From: Catajapyx aquilonaris
Lineage: Eukaryota
Assembly (NCBI GenBank): GCA_000934665.2
Contig: KZ538292.1
Span: 62,001 to 86,069 of the forward strand
Direction: 5' to 3'
Length of the DNA stretch: 24,069 nt
Position numbers and translations under genes: made by a program. Positions 1-10,997 of the stretch are shown here, piece by piece; within the stretch, counting starts at the first letter, position 1, and each line of letters opens with the position of its first letter. The notes under the pieces were generated by a model that was given only the letters and a program-made list of their open reading frames with translations, had not been told where the DNA came from and made no database searches.

Positions 1-2834
1 AGTGGCAGGAAAGATCTTGCGCCGTGGTTGCCAATGAGGAGGAAACCTAATTTTGCTTCTGGCCTATACAAAAGGCATTCATTTCCGGGTCTTCAGGCAC
101 TTGTTTTCTATTCTCAAGCCTCCGGGGTCTGTCCCAGGAAAAAAAGAAGTCATGTCCAATAACGAAAAGCGTCTCGCGATGATGATTTATCCCAGCTACA
201 TATAGAGACAAGGATCAATAACACTTAACGAAAATGCAATGGAATACAGAATTGAGCCTGCGAATTAAGGCAGGGGGGAAATTAATTTTCCATACCCCCC
301 AGGTAGGCGCAATTCCAAGTATAAGTGAGAAGCTAGAAGGGAGTCCCCGGTTTGGTTCGAAAGGTATTAGCTTAATTTGGTTGCCTCGTGTACTAGGAGA
401 GGGGGTAGGATTAAGAGAGTTGAATTCCTCTTTTTTTCTTAAGGAGGATCTGGGAGGATCAGCTTTTCCGAGAACAGGATCGTTGTGCAACGTGCCGGAT
501 GCCCATTTTCAAGACTAGGGCGATTCCACAACAAGCACTAGCAGAGTGCACCCAGCACAGATTGTCGCCATTCAAGGAGCGAAACTTTCGTCCGATACTA
601 CTACAGTCTTTTTACACACAAAAAAGGCAAACAAGAGAAATCCAGTAAGTCCAAAAACACTATAGTTTCGAGATATTACAGCGCAAAGGTTTGACATTTT
701 ACTTGTTTACATGCTGGTGAAAAACAGATGATAAAGCAAAAGAATGCTATTTGCTGATGTGCCGTCAAAATTGGGCTAACGATATACAAAAGTTGGTCCG
801 AAACATTCTCTCGACTGCTTCGATGGCACACACACCACAAAGAGCAATTTGTCAGCATGCACAAAAATTATTATAGGGTCCCCATTAGTGTCCAACATGA
901 GTTTAAATCAACTGGCCAGCAAATCAAAACCCACCTATAATTATTTATCACCTGTTCATTTTCTCGAACGGTTTACGTGAGGCGGAACCAGTGGCTCAAT
1001 GATGCACCATATCTTCACATGCATGCCGTGAACAGGCGCCATTACTCTCCCGGAAGTGGGGCAGGTAGGTGTGCAGTCAATATGCGTTAGTCATAAAAGG
1101 GGTAGGGTTGCCTGCTTATCCCCCCACCGCAAAGTCGTCGCTTTTGCTCAGGACACTTTCTTTTAAATATGTTTCCTACTCGCACAATGTTGGGAGGGGT
1201 TAGTCGTAGGGTATGTTGCTTCCAATCACGCGAGCCAGCGGTACGATAGAGGCGCCACCTACGCCTGTAAACAATCGCCCAGAACCCGAATAATTGCACT
1301 CCATCCAAATGAGAAGAATATTTTCGCGCCCATACAACTGCGGTTCCGTTGTTCCTCCGACCGTCCTGCTGATGACCAGAAGGGAGACAAAAGAGGAGTT
1401 AATTCAGCCTGCAGCATCCAGCATTCCATCTCCACAAACAAACCCAGAGACGTCACAAACAAGGGCTTCATTTTCCGGGGGAAAAAAACCATCATCCGTT
1501 TTTATTGCGCCTGTCAAAACCGCACCCGCCACTGCGAATATGAATTCATCGACCACCATACATTCTCATAGCCGGAATGCGATTTATTACAATGGTTTAT
1601 ATCCCAGAGAAAAAGAAGTATGGACGGCAATTTCCTTCTGCAGAGGCGATACATCCCACAGAGGAAAATTCTATTAGCAAAAACCTAGGAGAATCAAGAC
1701 GTAAATGAAGACAAGCCCTTTCCCAAAAAATTCCACACGTCAGTCGTCGGCACTGTCGCATTTCGTTACCCCCCTTTTTATCCTTGGGAATAGGATAGGC
1801 GCATTGCAGAAAATCTGATTTGAGAATCCCCAAAAAAGGACTAGTCAAAGTTAGAGCCCTTTCCACCCTACACTGAAAGTTTCGTGTTCTATAAAACTGG
1901 ATGGCGGGATAAGGAGATTGAGTTTTCCACTTTTATAGGTGCCGTACACACTGTGCATATATGCACCAGGCCGAAAAATCGCAACATGGCGATCAACGGG
2001 CAGAAACCAATCGCAAAAGTCCGGCCCAGCCATTCCAGACCGGATCGCAATACCAACAATAAACAAGAGCATTAAACGCTCCAACTCACTACATTCCAGT
2101 CGTTTCTTTTCACTGATATACTTACCCCCCCTCCCCTTCCCCCCCAAAAAAATCCTGCATGGTAAACACCCATTAATTCTAGCTAAATCCGCATCAACAG
2201 GCGTCCAGTTAAAACCCCTCCCGAATCACTCAGGGAGCCTTAATACTCCTTAGTAATCGCACATGCATGCTGAAAAGCGATAAGTCGATTCCTGGCCGGA
2301 ATCGTCAAAGGTGTCCTTATCTCACTCACCACCACGCAAAGAAACCCCCCTCCCCCCACACATAGCCCCCCCTCCAAACTTGATTTACCGCCACAAAAAT
2401 TTTCTATCGATGGACAAATTTAGCTTATCTCCCAAGCAATAAACTCCAGGAGGCAATTACAGGACCTACCGCTCAAGAAAAGCATGTCCGTTCCGGCGAT
2501 CAAAAATAATAATAATATCGCAACATCGTTAATTACAATTAAAAGGAGTAGACTTGCGGGGAGAGGTAGAGGGGGAGGGGAAGGAGGGGGGCCACGCCCA
2601 ACTTCCGATAGCAAGTCCTGTATGTTGCCAAAGGGCCATCAATAATGAGATTACGGGGGAGGAAGCGAGGAAAGGGTCGGAAGTAGGAAAAGCAAAGTGG
2701 AGGAGGGAGTGGTAAGGGGGGGGGGGGGTGACACATCATTTCCTGTGATGCCATGCCAGCCTTTCTGGCCAGAGCACACGCCCACCCTCTTGTCCGGACT
2801 CTCCAGGGATGTCGAAAAGAGAAGAGGATCAGAT

Positions 2835-2967
2835 GGACCAAAAATGGCAGTGGCCTGAGCCAACCTCCATACAGACCGAATGGAAATCCCCGCCAAATAA
2901 GTGCCGGACCAAAAATGGCCGCCTGCACTGACCGGATCCAACCTGTATTCAGACCTAATGGAAATCC
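2835..2967. repeat. Degenerate two-copy direct repeat (~71-bp period), likely a transposon-derived subterminal repeat
   Basis: GGACCAAAAATGGC...CCAACCT...CAGACC(G/T)AATGGAAATCC occurs at 2835-2889 and at 2906-2967. Confidence 0.75.
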
Positions 2968-5787
2968 AGCAGACTACAGCCACATTGCAAGTCAAATCGG
3001 TCTTTTCTAATCAAAATTGAATATTAAGCGGCCCGATTCAAGTGGATATTCCTCCCGGGCTAAAACTGGTGGCCTAGAAAAGTACCTCCCCCCCTCTCCA
3101 TTAATATGTATCGCGATATCTGTCTCTGCTCTCTCTCGTGATTCAGGAAATTAGGAAAAGAGAGATCCAGTATAGATTAGGGAAAAGGGAGTGGATTTAC
3201 AACCTCCTCCCCCCTTTAAAAAACTGGCAGATAATTCCCAAATCGATACCAAAATTTCGCTTTCAATTCAACCCACTACTGAAAAAAAAACTGGGCTGGA
3301 TTCCGCAACACATTACCTCGACCCAAATTACCTCAAATCCGATGGCAATCATTACAACAATATGGGCGATACTCAGGTCACTCAAAACAGGCATCGATCA
3401 AACTCTGTCCTTGAATAGGAAAAAAAGGGGGGACTCTTGGCATCAAAACCTCCCCCCCCCCCCTACTAGACATTATCCCACTCTACGTGTACGTATCAAC
3501 TACCCAAACCCCCCAATTGTACAAAGGCCTCCAGCCATCTTGGCGTCCTGTTGTTGACACAGCTAATGATAGAGCAGGGGTTCGTGCCACGTCAAATTCC
3601 CCTCCCCCCACACACCACCAGTGGAAAAAAAAAGAAGTGCAGGACTCGTGTGTTTCCTCCATTTTCAATTCCCAATCAGACTGGGTTAGGATTGGAAGAA
3701 CACTTATGCACAGGCGATAGGGTGTGTCCACACCCTTATTCGGACCTCCCTGTGATGGTGGCGCAATCCCCTAGAGGTGATGAGGTAGAGAGGGGGGGGG
3801 GGGTTGTTTCACATGCTCGGTCGAGCTGGGATTTGTGTCGCCACCAAAAGGACATTTCATCATCGGGCCGGCGCGGCGTCGAGGGCCCGAACAATTAACC
3901 CAAACTGGGACGCTTATCGAGTGATTGAATCCTGACGTGCGCCCCAATGAAGGATATACCTAAAGTCGATACCACTCGTAGCGACCGAGTGTGTGAGTCG
4001 TCCACAGGCCCATCAATCCAAAAGAGAAATTATTTTGCGAACACTTCATATTCACAATGAGCCAGCAAGCCAGAATTTTCTGTCTTCGAATGAAACTTGT
4101 AAGTACATACCGTAACAGCATAACTTCTCCAAAAAACAGAAAAAATGGAGTGCTTACAAAGGAAATGCTACATTGAAACCCTACCGTGTATGGCTTAACC
4201 ACAGAGGACATGCCCATTTCTTATACGTTAGAATGTGGGTATTGTAAAGCGTGTAACTTGACCCTGCGTTTGCACTACTATACTAAGGGATAAAAATTTC
4301 TGCCTGGGATGCCCAATCGGTGTCCACAGATGGCGCTGTCAGACTTCCCCCTTTGGTTTTCTCCCCCCTCCCCTTTTTTTGCAATTTATTCGGCGCGTGC
4401 TTCTAGGGAGTGTTGGAGCCTGTTTCATTCCGGAGATAGCAGCGTTATTTGCACACCCATAAGGGGGCGGGTCGAGGGGTTGGGGGAAGACCTTAAAGCC
4501 AGCCAAAGTCAGCCATAAAATTTTGGAAATCGGCCCTTAGAACTGGAGTCTGCTCCAGCTTGTGTGGTTGTATATATTTTTTGGATAGGGGGTGAACGTC
4601 GTGTGTCTAAAAAAACACAAAGAGTCAAAGCTCACCCTTGGGGGGAAAAGGCTGGAGTTAAACATATCGGGAAGGCTTCGTGCCCAACCTGGCAGCCAGA
4701 ATGGCGACAAGGGCGGTCACCGCTCGACATGCAGGGGAACGGTGGGCCTGCTCACAAAAGCCTATCGATGTTATATCCCTCCCCACCGCCACCTACACAC
4801 CAACACTCCCAGCCACACATATCCCACGAAATGAAAAAGCAGGCCAGTGCATTTCTCCTTGGTGGGTCACATATGACCTTTTTTTTCACCCCCGAGCATT
4901 TACAGCAAAGCTCCCTCCCCCCTCCATTTTTTGGGGTGGTCCCTCCAGCACATGACAATTACAAGGGCTTTTAATGAGCGGGCAATTTACACTGGAGCAT
5001 TGTCGTGATTGTTTCGCCATCCTTGTACCGCTGATTTGATCCCTCGATCGGATGATGTAGTGCAGTAATGATGCACGATGCATTAATGTACTGCGTTGGC
5101 AACAAAACTACAGCCCCCTTTTTTTTACCTCATTTATGTCGAGTAGGCCTACACTTCGATGTTTTTGCAGCAACAACCAGCCCCCAATGTGTTTCAGCGG
5201 AATTGAAAACTGCCATCTTTCCAAAGTGGTACCCGGGAAAATTTTTATGTACACAAAAACCAAGATGGATTCCGGAATATTCAAGTTAACATAAAACAAA
5301 CCCACCCCCATCGCCAATTTCTTTTCACCCCCTCCAGCTTACCTACTTCAATTCTATTATTATTCCTTTCCCAACACTGTGCACTCTTTTCACCCACCCA
5401 CTTCTTTTCTCCCCCAAAAGTAGAGGACAGAAGAGTAGGTAATCCTATTATCTCACACGACAATTCCGTTACCCTGCAAAGGCGCCCAGGCATCTCTAGA
5501 GCTCCCATAGTTTTTTTTCTTATTCTTTTTTTTTTACCATGGCTCCTCGATATTCTCAAGATGAAAGATAGGCACCTTAGCATACACCCGAGGAAAAACT
5601 CAGCGTGGCATTTCTTTTTTGGAATTAAATCCACAAAGGGAAAGGAAATCGCGCCCAGGGTGAGAAAAAGGAATGGATTTCACTCGTGCTCAGGTGACAC
5701 CAGATCCTTATTTGAATTCCGAGCGACAATATTTCTAGCAATGTGCGCAGGAATGTGTGAGGATTCCGAAGCCACAACTGTCCCGGA

Positions 5788-5936
5788 TGCGCAGAAGCCC
5801 GGCGTAGCCCTGCTCAGAAGCCCGGCGCGACGTAGCCCTGTGCAGAAGCCCGGCGCGGCGTAGCCCTGCTCAGAAACCCGGCGCGGCGTAGCCCTGCTCA
5901 GAAGCCCGGCGCAGCCCTGCGCACAACCCCGGCGCA
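5788..5936. repeat. GC-rich minisatellite, 28-bp unit CAGAAGCCCGGCGCGGCGTAGCCCTGCT with 23-bp variants, ~5.5 copies
   Basis: Units start at 5792, 5815, 5843, 5871, 5899 and 5922, giving spacings of 23-28-28-28-23. Confidence 0.92.
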
Positions 5937-7930
5937 CTCGTCCCTGACGTGGCCCACACAACCCAAAGGACGTGTCAGAAGTGGATCCAAACTGTCCCAA
6001 AATCGTGACAAGCCTTGTCCACTAACACACGTTGGGCCTCCGGGTGTGGATATCAAAGTCTTGCAGGCTTCCAAACTTCCAACTTTGCGGCCAGATATCC
6101 GGAGCCCTCGCCCAAGCAGCCAACCGCCACATTCTAATTACTTGTCAACGCGTCACCTCCAGAGCGACGGTGCGACAAACTTGGCTGGAAAGGACGCTTA
6201 TTAGCAGCGAGCCAAGGAAGGTTGGGGAACAATTTTTGTCGCCTTTTTCTCTCTCCTGAGGACCTTCAAGAAAACAGAGGGGGCGCTAAAGTGGCGCCGG
6301 AACGTGCGCGCCAGATTCATTAAGAACAAAGAAGAAAAAGGAACGGAGAAGGGACGAAAACTCGATGGGTCTTGTATCAAGTTACAATCAACTTCAGTAA
6401 ACAACAGAGTAGTTTGAAAAGTTGTCCTTTCCGACTAGGGTTTGTTTGCTCGATCCGGGCGAAAGGCATCTGGGCGGAAAACCCTCTCTTGGCACCATAG
6501 GAACATGTTTACAACTGCTCTACGGGGTCAGAGACTATTAGAATTTTTTTCATACTACTCATTAAAATCGACACCAGCCCGTGCGATGGGGTAGACCACC
6601 ATCTTGAGCTTAATAATAGTCTTGAAAATCCTTCAATCCTTCACTTTTATGATCATCTTGAGGGGGGGAAGGGGAAGTCGTCTGATTTTAGGTCCACGCA
6701 AAATCTTTGACGGGCTTTCCGTGTAATTAGGGAACTCCACCCCCATAATTCGAGGGACCTTAATGAGAAGAGAGAGACAATTTGGAATTGTTCAGCCTGG
6801 CAATTATCCCCGGCAGCTGATGTAGAAGCTTCTGTCGAACCGCGCTCCTCCCCTAATTCCAAACCAAAGTAAAGGCTCCAGTGATTCGCTATATTCACTA
6901 ATCTGCAGCCAAACAAACAATTAAGACGCTAGATGGCGACAGTATAGGGAGAGATAAAGTGGAGCCATCTACATTTCGCTGCGGGGAATCACATTTTTTT
7001 TTGACGAATTTGTTTGAATTTGCGACCGGCGACACCTGGAAGGGCTTGGACCACGCACTGGCGAGGTCCATGGACCTTCCACACACCGATATATAGCCTA
7101 CCAAACCCTCCCCATTCGGCAACCGAAGACAAAGCTTCCGGAGATTCTTGGCTTTGGCGGGAGCAATTACGGAGTCCATTAGTTTGAGTGGCACTCGCAG
7201 TAGTGGTTTCCCATGTCCTTTTCATTAAAGCTCAGGACCCCATTTCGGGAGAGCCAAGCAGCCCTCTCCGCTTCCGTAAACTGATCTGTCAACAGACTCT
7301 CTCTCCGTCTCCCTCCTCAACTTCCCTCGCTAATGAGACAACAATGTGACATCCCCAAAGGCCGAGAGGTGTTGGCCCACCCCCCACTCTCCTGGCCTAA
7401 AAAATCATAACACTCGATATGTGCACGCGTGATTTAACCCCCAATACAACTAGCATGACATGTGGGGGCTCTATCGGACTATCTATGAGGGAGAGCACTG
7501 CACAATGACACATTAATGGTATTTATGATCGTCTATAGGCCGTCATAATCGATGCTCCTAGCATTTGTAATAGCCCAACACCTATCAGATCGGCCATAAA
7601 TTTTACATCACATATATGACACAATTTTGCAAAAATATATATTTCCCACCCTTTGAATGTGGACCACGTGCCATTAGTCTTCCTTGTAATGAACCAAGTT
7701 TTTTTCTGATGCAAAAAAAGCGTATTATTTTTCCCCGTGTATTCCCGCGTGACATGACAGAATCTGGCGCGAATATTTCGGGGGTGTTGGGGACAAAAAA
7801 GTCGACCCCCTTCACGACTCCACCGAAACCCAAGAGGCCATGAAATTCGACCCTGAGGCTGTCATATTCGCTTCTGAACAGCCTCCAAAAAAAAAAAAAC
7901 ACATTTTTTATTATTTCATTTTTTTTGCGT

Positions 7931-7995
7931 CAGAAATGTACCGGGTGTGACAAAAGTATAGGTCCAGAATGTACCGGATGTGACAACGCTATAGG
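7931..7995. repeat. Two-copy tandem repeat, ~34-bp period
   Basis: CAGAAATGTACCGGGTGTGACAAAAGTATAGG (7931-7962) and CAGAATGTACCGGATGTGACAACGCTATAGG (7965-7995). Confidence 0.8.
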
Positions 7996-8790
7996 CAAAT
8001 CCTTCGCGTTTCTAGCGTTTGTTGACTTGCACTCTAAACGTCCGGATTAATGTTAACTCGATGCGCAAACACAGCAGATTGCAGGTTTCAAAGTTAGTTA
8101 ACAAGTCACCCCCCAGCTGGTCTGTGTGCAAAATTACACCGGGGCGATATCTAGTTATTCCGGACCCATTAATAACTATAAATTGAAATGAATCATTTTG
8201 CGGGACCTCGTTTTTGGCAATTATTTACTACCAGTTGCAATATGAAAACTAATCGGCAAAATGCAGGCAAAAATTTAATAACACCCCCTCTGCCACTTGT
8301 TCAGTACTGAAAATGCTATCAGTTCATTTTAGATAACAATGGCGCGTACTTTTGGCAAAATTATTTCACGATTCAAATATTCTGTTGAATTTTTCACAGA
8401 AACACTATTCCACAGCACGCCCTTTTCCTCTGAATAATAGTCCAATACGTGACAGGTGCATTTCCGGCCACCCTGCGACACCATTAATGACTTAATAATT
8501 AACCGAGCGATCTCCGTGCGCAAACCCTGTTTAAATGGGTCTATTACGTGAGAGTGGTATTGCATGATCCTCCCACCCCCGCCAAAAAAAAAATTTGCAC
8601 TGCTCTTTTTTTCCCCTCCCCATGGAATAAACTTGTGCAAGGCTCCCGGACGCAACAGTGTCACCATCACATTCCCCTCCTTCCCCCTCTTTTTCCCTTC
8701 CCTCCCTCATGCATAACCCAGCAAGTCCTGGACACATCCAACCTTTTCCCTTGCCTCTTTCCTACTGGGTTCTCTCCCCCCCCCCCCCCC

Positions 8791-8949
8791 NNNNNNNNNN
8801 NNNNNNNNNNNNNNNNNNNNNNNNNNNNNNNNNNNNNNNNNNNNNNNNNNNNNNNNNNNNNNNNNNNNNNNNNNNNNNNNNNNNNNNNNNNNNNNNNNNN
8901 NNNNNNNNNNNNNNNNNNNNNNNNNNNNNNNNNNNNNNNNNNNNNNNNN
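8791..8949. other. Assembly gap (159 N) between a poly-C and a poly-G run
   Basis: The N run is read directly, with a C-tract on the left and a G-tract on the right. Confidence 0.98.
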
Positions 8950-9189
8950 GGGGGGGGGGGGGTTACAACGCGCATTCGCAAACTGTAAGGCATGGCTGTC
9001 ACAACAAGTACGGCTTGGCTGTAAAATCCTTGCTGAATCGACACGGGACATCAGCTGTGACGTCACTGTTACTTAAGCAGACGGAGAGACAACGTTGTCA
9101 ATTTTTGAGGAAGTTAGTAAGGAACGGATTTATTTTAAAATATATGAACATTGGCACAGAAAAACGACGCGATGGCTTGCTTTTGTTTT

Positions 9190-9294
9190 AAAATAATCAT
9201 AACATAAAATTAGAAAATAAATAATCAGAAAATAAAATTAGAAAATAAATAATCAGAAAATAAAATTAGAAAATAAATAATCAGAAAATAAAAT
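9190..9294. repeat. AT-rich minisatellite, 28-bp unit AAAATAAAATTAGAAAATAAATAATCAG, ~3.7 copies
   Basis: AATCAG recurs at 9223, 9251 and 9279 (period 28), with a degenerate AATCAT copy at 9195. Confidence 0.92.
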
Positions 9295-9419
9295 ATTAGA
9301 CTATACTGTCTATAAATAAATAATGAAATAGAATGTGCTCCATAGCGGGATATATACCCTGCTGCAATGGGGGTGCGCCTTTACAGTATATGCCGTCAAA
9401 TACGGTAAGAGTTAAAAAC

Positions 9420-9803
9420 TTAAAGCTGGAGTTTGTAATAGTTGGCTCAACAATTAACTACAAGAATGCTGAAAGTTTGTGGTAAAATAATTAGCTAATA
9501 TTCTTCTAAGGTACAAAGCCTCTCGTGATTGGTCTGTAATAGATAAGGCAAGGGTTGCATAATTTACAGGATCCCCCCCCCCCCACCCTACATTTTCCGG
9601 GCAGGTTTGTAGCTACAACAACAGAGCTCTAGTAAAAATAATGAACAGTATTGATGGAGAACAACGAGGGCTTTGTTGTCACGGAGAGCGCTACACTAGT
9701 ACTTTGTTGTTGCTCTTTCGCGCCTATTTTCCAGCCAATGAGTGACTGGTATTTTGGGCCCGCGGTTTTATGCAGTTAAAAGCCATTTTACAAGGCTGTT
9801 TAA
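9420..9803. mobile_element. Decayed TTAA-bounded non-autonomous DNA transposon (Kolobok-like termini)
   Basis: It begins TTAA-AGCTGGAGTTTGTAATAGTTGGCT...TTAACT and ends AGTTAAAAGCCATTTTACAAGGCTGT-TTAA, a degenerate inverted match. Nested inverted pairs are GATTGG (9527) / CCAATG (9735) and CAACAACAGAGCTCTAGT 9616-9633 / ACTAGTACTTTGTTGTTG 9695-9712. TTAA followed by purines fits Kolobok ends, but the superfamily call is inference. Confidence 0.4.
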
Positions 9804-10252
9804 CATGCCAGGCACAATATCCTTTGAAAACTTTCTTTCTCCGGTAATGTAACGTGATTTCTAAAAGCCCCTCTCCTCACCTGAGTTACATCAGGGCCGT
9901 CCACGGACATGTAACATTACAGTAGCCAGTACCTGATGCGTAAAAAAAAGAGAGTACTTCAGCCAGTTCGATTGGAAACGGCATGCAAAGTGAGCTCGGG
10001 GCCAGTGGGACACCGTACAGTACAGGGGTGATTTTAAATGACACATTAACCTCTGCAATCTGAAGGCTGCATTTGTTGGGAGTTTACTGGTCAGGAAACA
10101 GCCTGTATTTTTTATTAGTAAAGATAGTATGGATATTGTTATGTATTGCACGGCGTTTAGTGAGACAATGCTCCTCCAATAAATACGTACAAATATTACA
10201 TAAGGGGAAATAAAATTAAAATAAACAATCCAGTAAATAAAGGAAATTATCT

Positions 10253-10296
10253 ATTCACTCACTCACTCATTGATTCATTCAATGACAATGAATGAA
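10253..10296. repeat. Short (CACT/CATT)n microsatellite ending in a TTCATTCA...TGAATGAA palindrome
   Basis: ATTCACTCACTCACTCATTGATTCATTCAATGACAATGAATGAA, read directly. Confidence 0.6.
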
Positions 10297-10534
10297 GTAA
10301 AGAAATTACATAAATCGCAATTTCCCTGATGACAAATTTTCAATTAAAAACCATGGAGTAAAAAAATTAAACAAATAATAAATCACGTCACAATATGATT
10401 AAAATTGAATTACGAAATGATGAAATGAAACAAAGTAAAACTAGCATTGTTTGACGACGGGTCGTATTACCTGCGGTTCTGACTCACCCTGCCCACATGG
10501 CATGATTAACACCTGTCCTCTTTCTCCCCGTGAA

Positions 10535-10727
10535 TTAATTGACGACAGATCCCCCCTCCTCCACCCCCGTGTCTTTTGAAACCCCGGATCCGCGGGCATC
10601 TGCGACGAACAAAGACGCCATGACGAAGCAGCACGGTCCTCTCATCTCTCTTTTTGTGCGACTCTCAGCGGGTGGTTTCTCAGCCAGGGTTACAAGCAGG
10701 GGTGTCCTCTCATTATCCGGGTCCACC
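10535..10727 (-). CDS. Candidate coding exon C, VDPDNERTPLLVTLAEKPPAESRTKREMRGPCCFVMASLF...VVN*
   Basis: Acceptor attttgcag|G. This is the only one of the three frames that stays open beyond ~40 nt, and it contains ERTPLL, an acidic dileucine-like motif. A strong donor G|gtgagt lies further downstream at ~10487. Confidence 0.25.
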
Positions 10728-10920
10728 CTGCAAAATCGAAGTGCTGCTCGCTTTTCGCTTTCCCCCCCTTCTCTCACCACCCACCATCAAACCCCCAGAA
10801 TCTCATCAGGCAGATGACACGGACTCGGACCCTTTGTTCCTTCGCATCGCACAATCCGGCAACGCAGCAGGGATCGGGTCCAATCAGACGCGTTCCCGCC
10901 GGAATTAACCGCCAACTTAC

Positions 10921-10997
10921 GCAGTTGCCGCGACAGACTCACACCTGCGGAATGTCCTCAAACTTCTCAAAATTCCAGTAGGCACCTTGGGTCGTGT
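10921..10997 (-). CDS. Candidate coding exon B (alternative donors after 10943 and after 10921)
   Basis: Acceptor attccag|; donors |gtgagt (55-nt exon, (D)TTQGAYWNFEKFEDIPQ(V)) and |gtaagt (77-nt exon, TRPKVPTGILRSLRTFRRCESVAAT(A)). Both splice in frame to exon C. The polypyrimidine tract is weak. Confidence 0.25.

Noticed and set aside
5788..5936. 28-bp repeats of CRISPR-like length
   Set aside because: The units are head-to-tail with no unique spacers, there are no cas genes, and the context is eukaryotic.
8548..9191. Long ORFs spanning the N gap
   Set aside because: They are open only because of the Ns and C/G homopolymers.
10921..10980. WNFEKF (glutathione-peroxidase-like motif) followed by an in-frame TGA before VCRGNC, suggesting a selenoprotein
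   Set aside because: GPx context is WNFEKFL(V/I) with the Sec far upstream, which does not match. I found no SECIS-like AUGA/AA/GA stem downstream, and the TGA is part of a GTGAGT donor.
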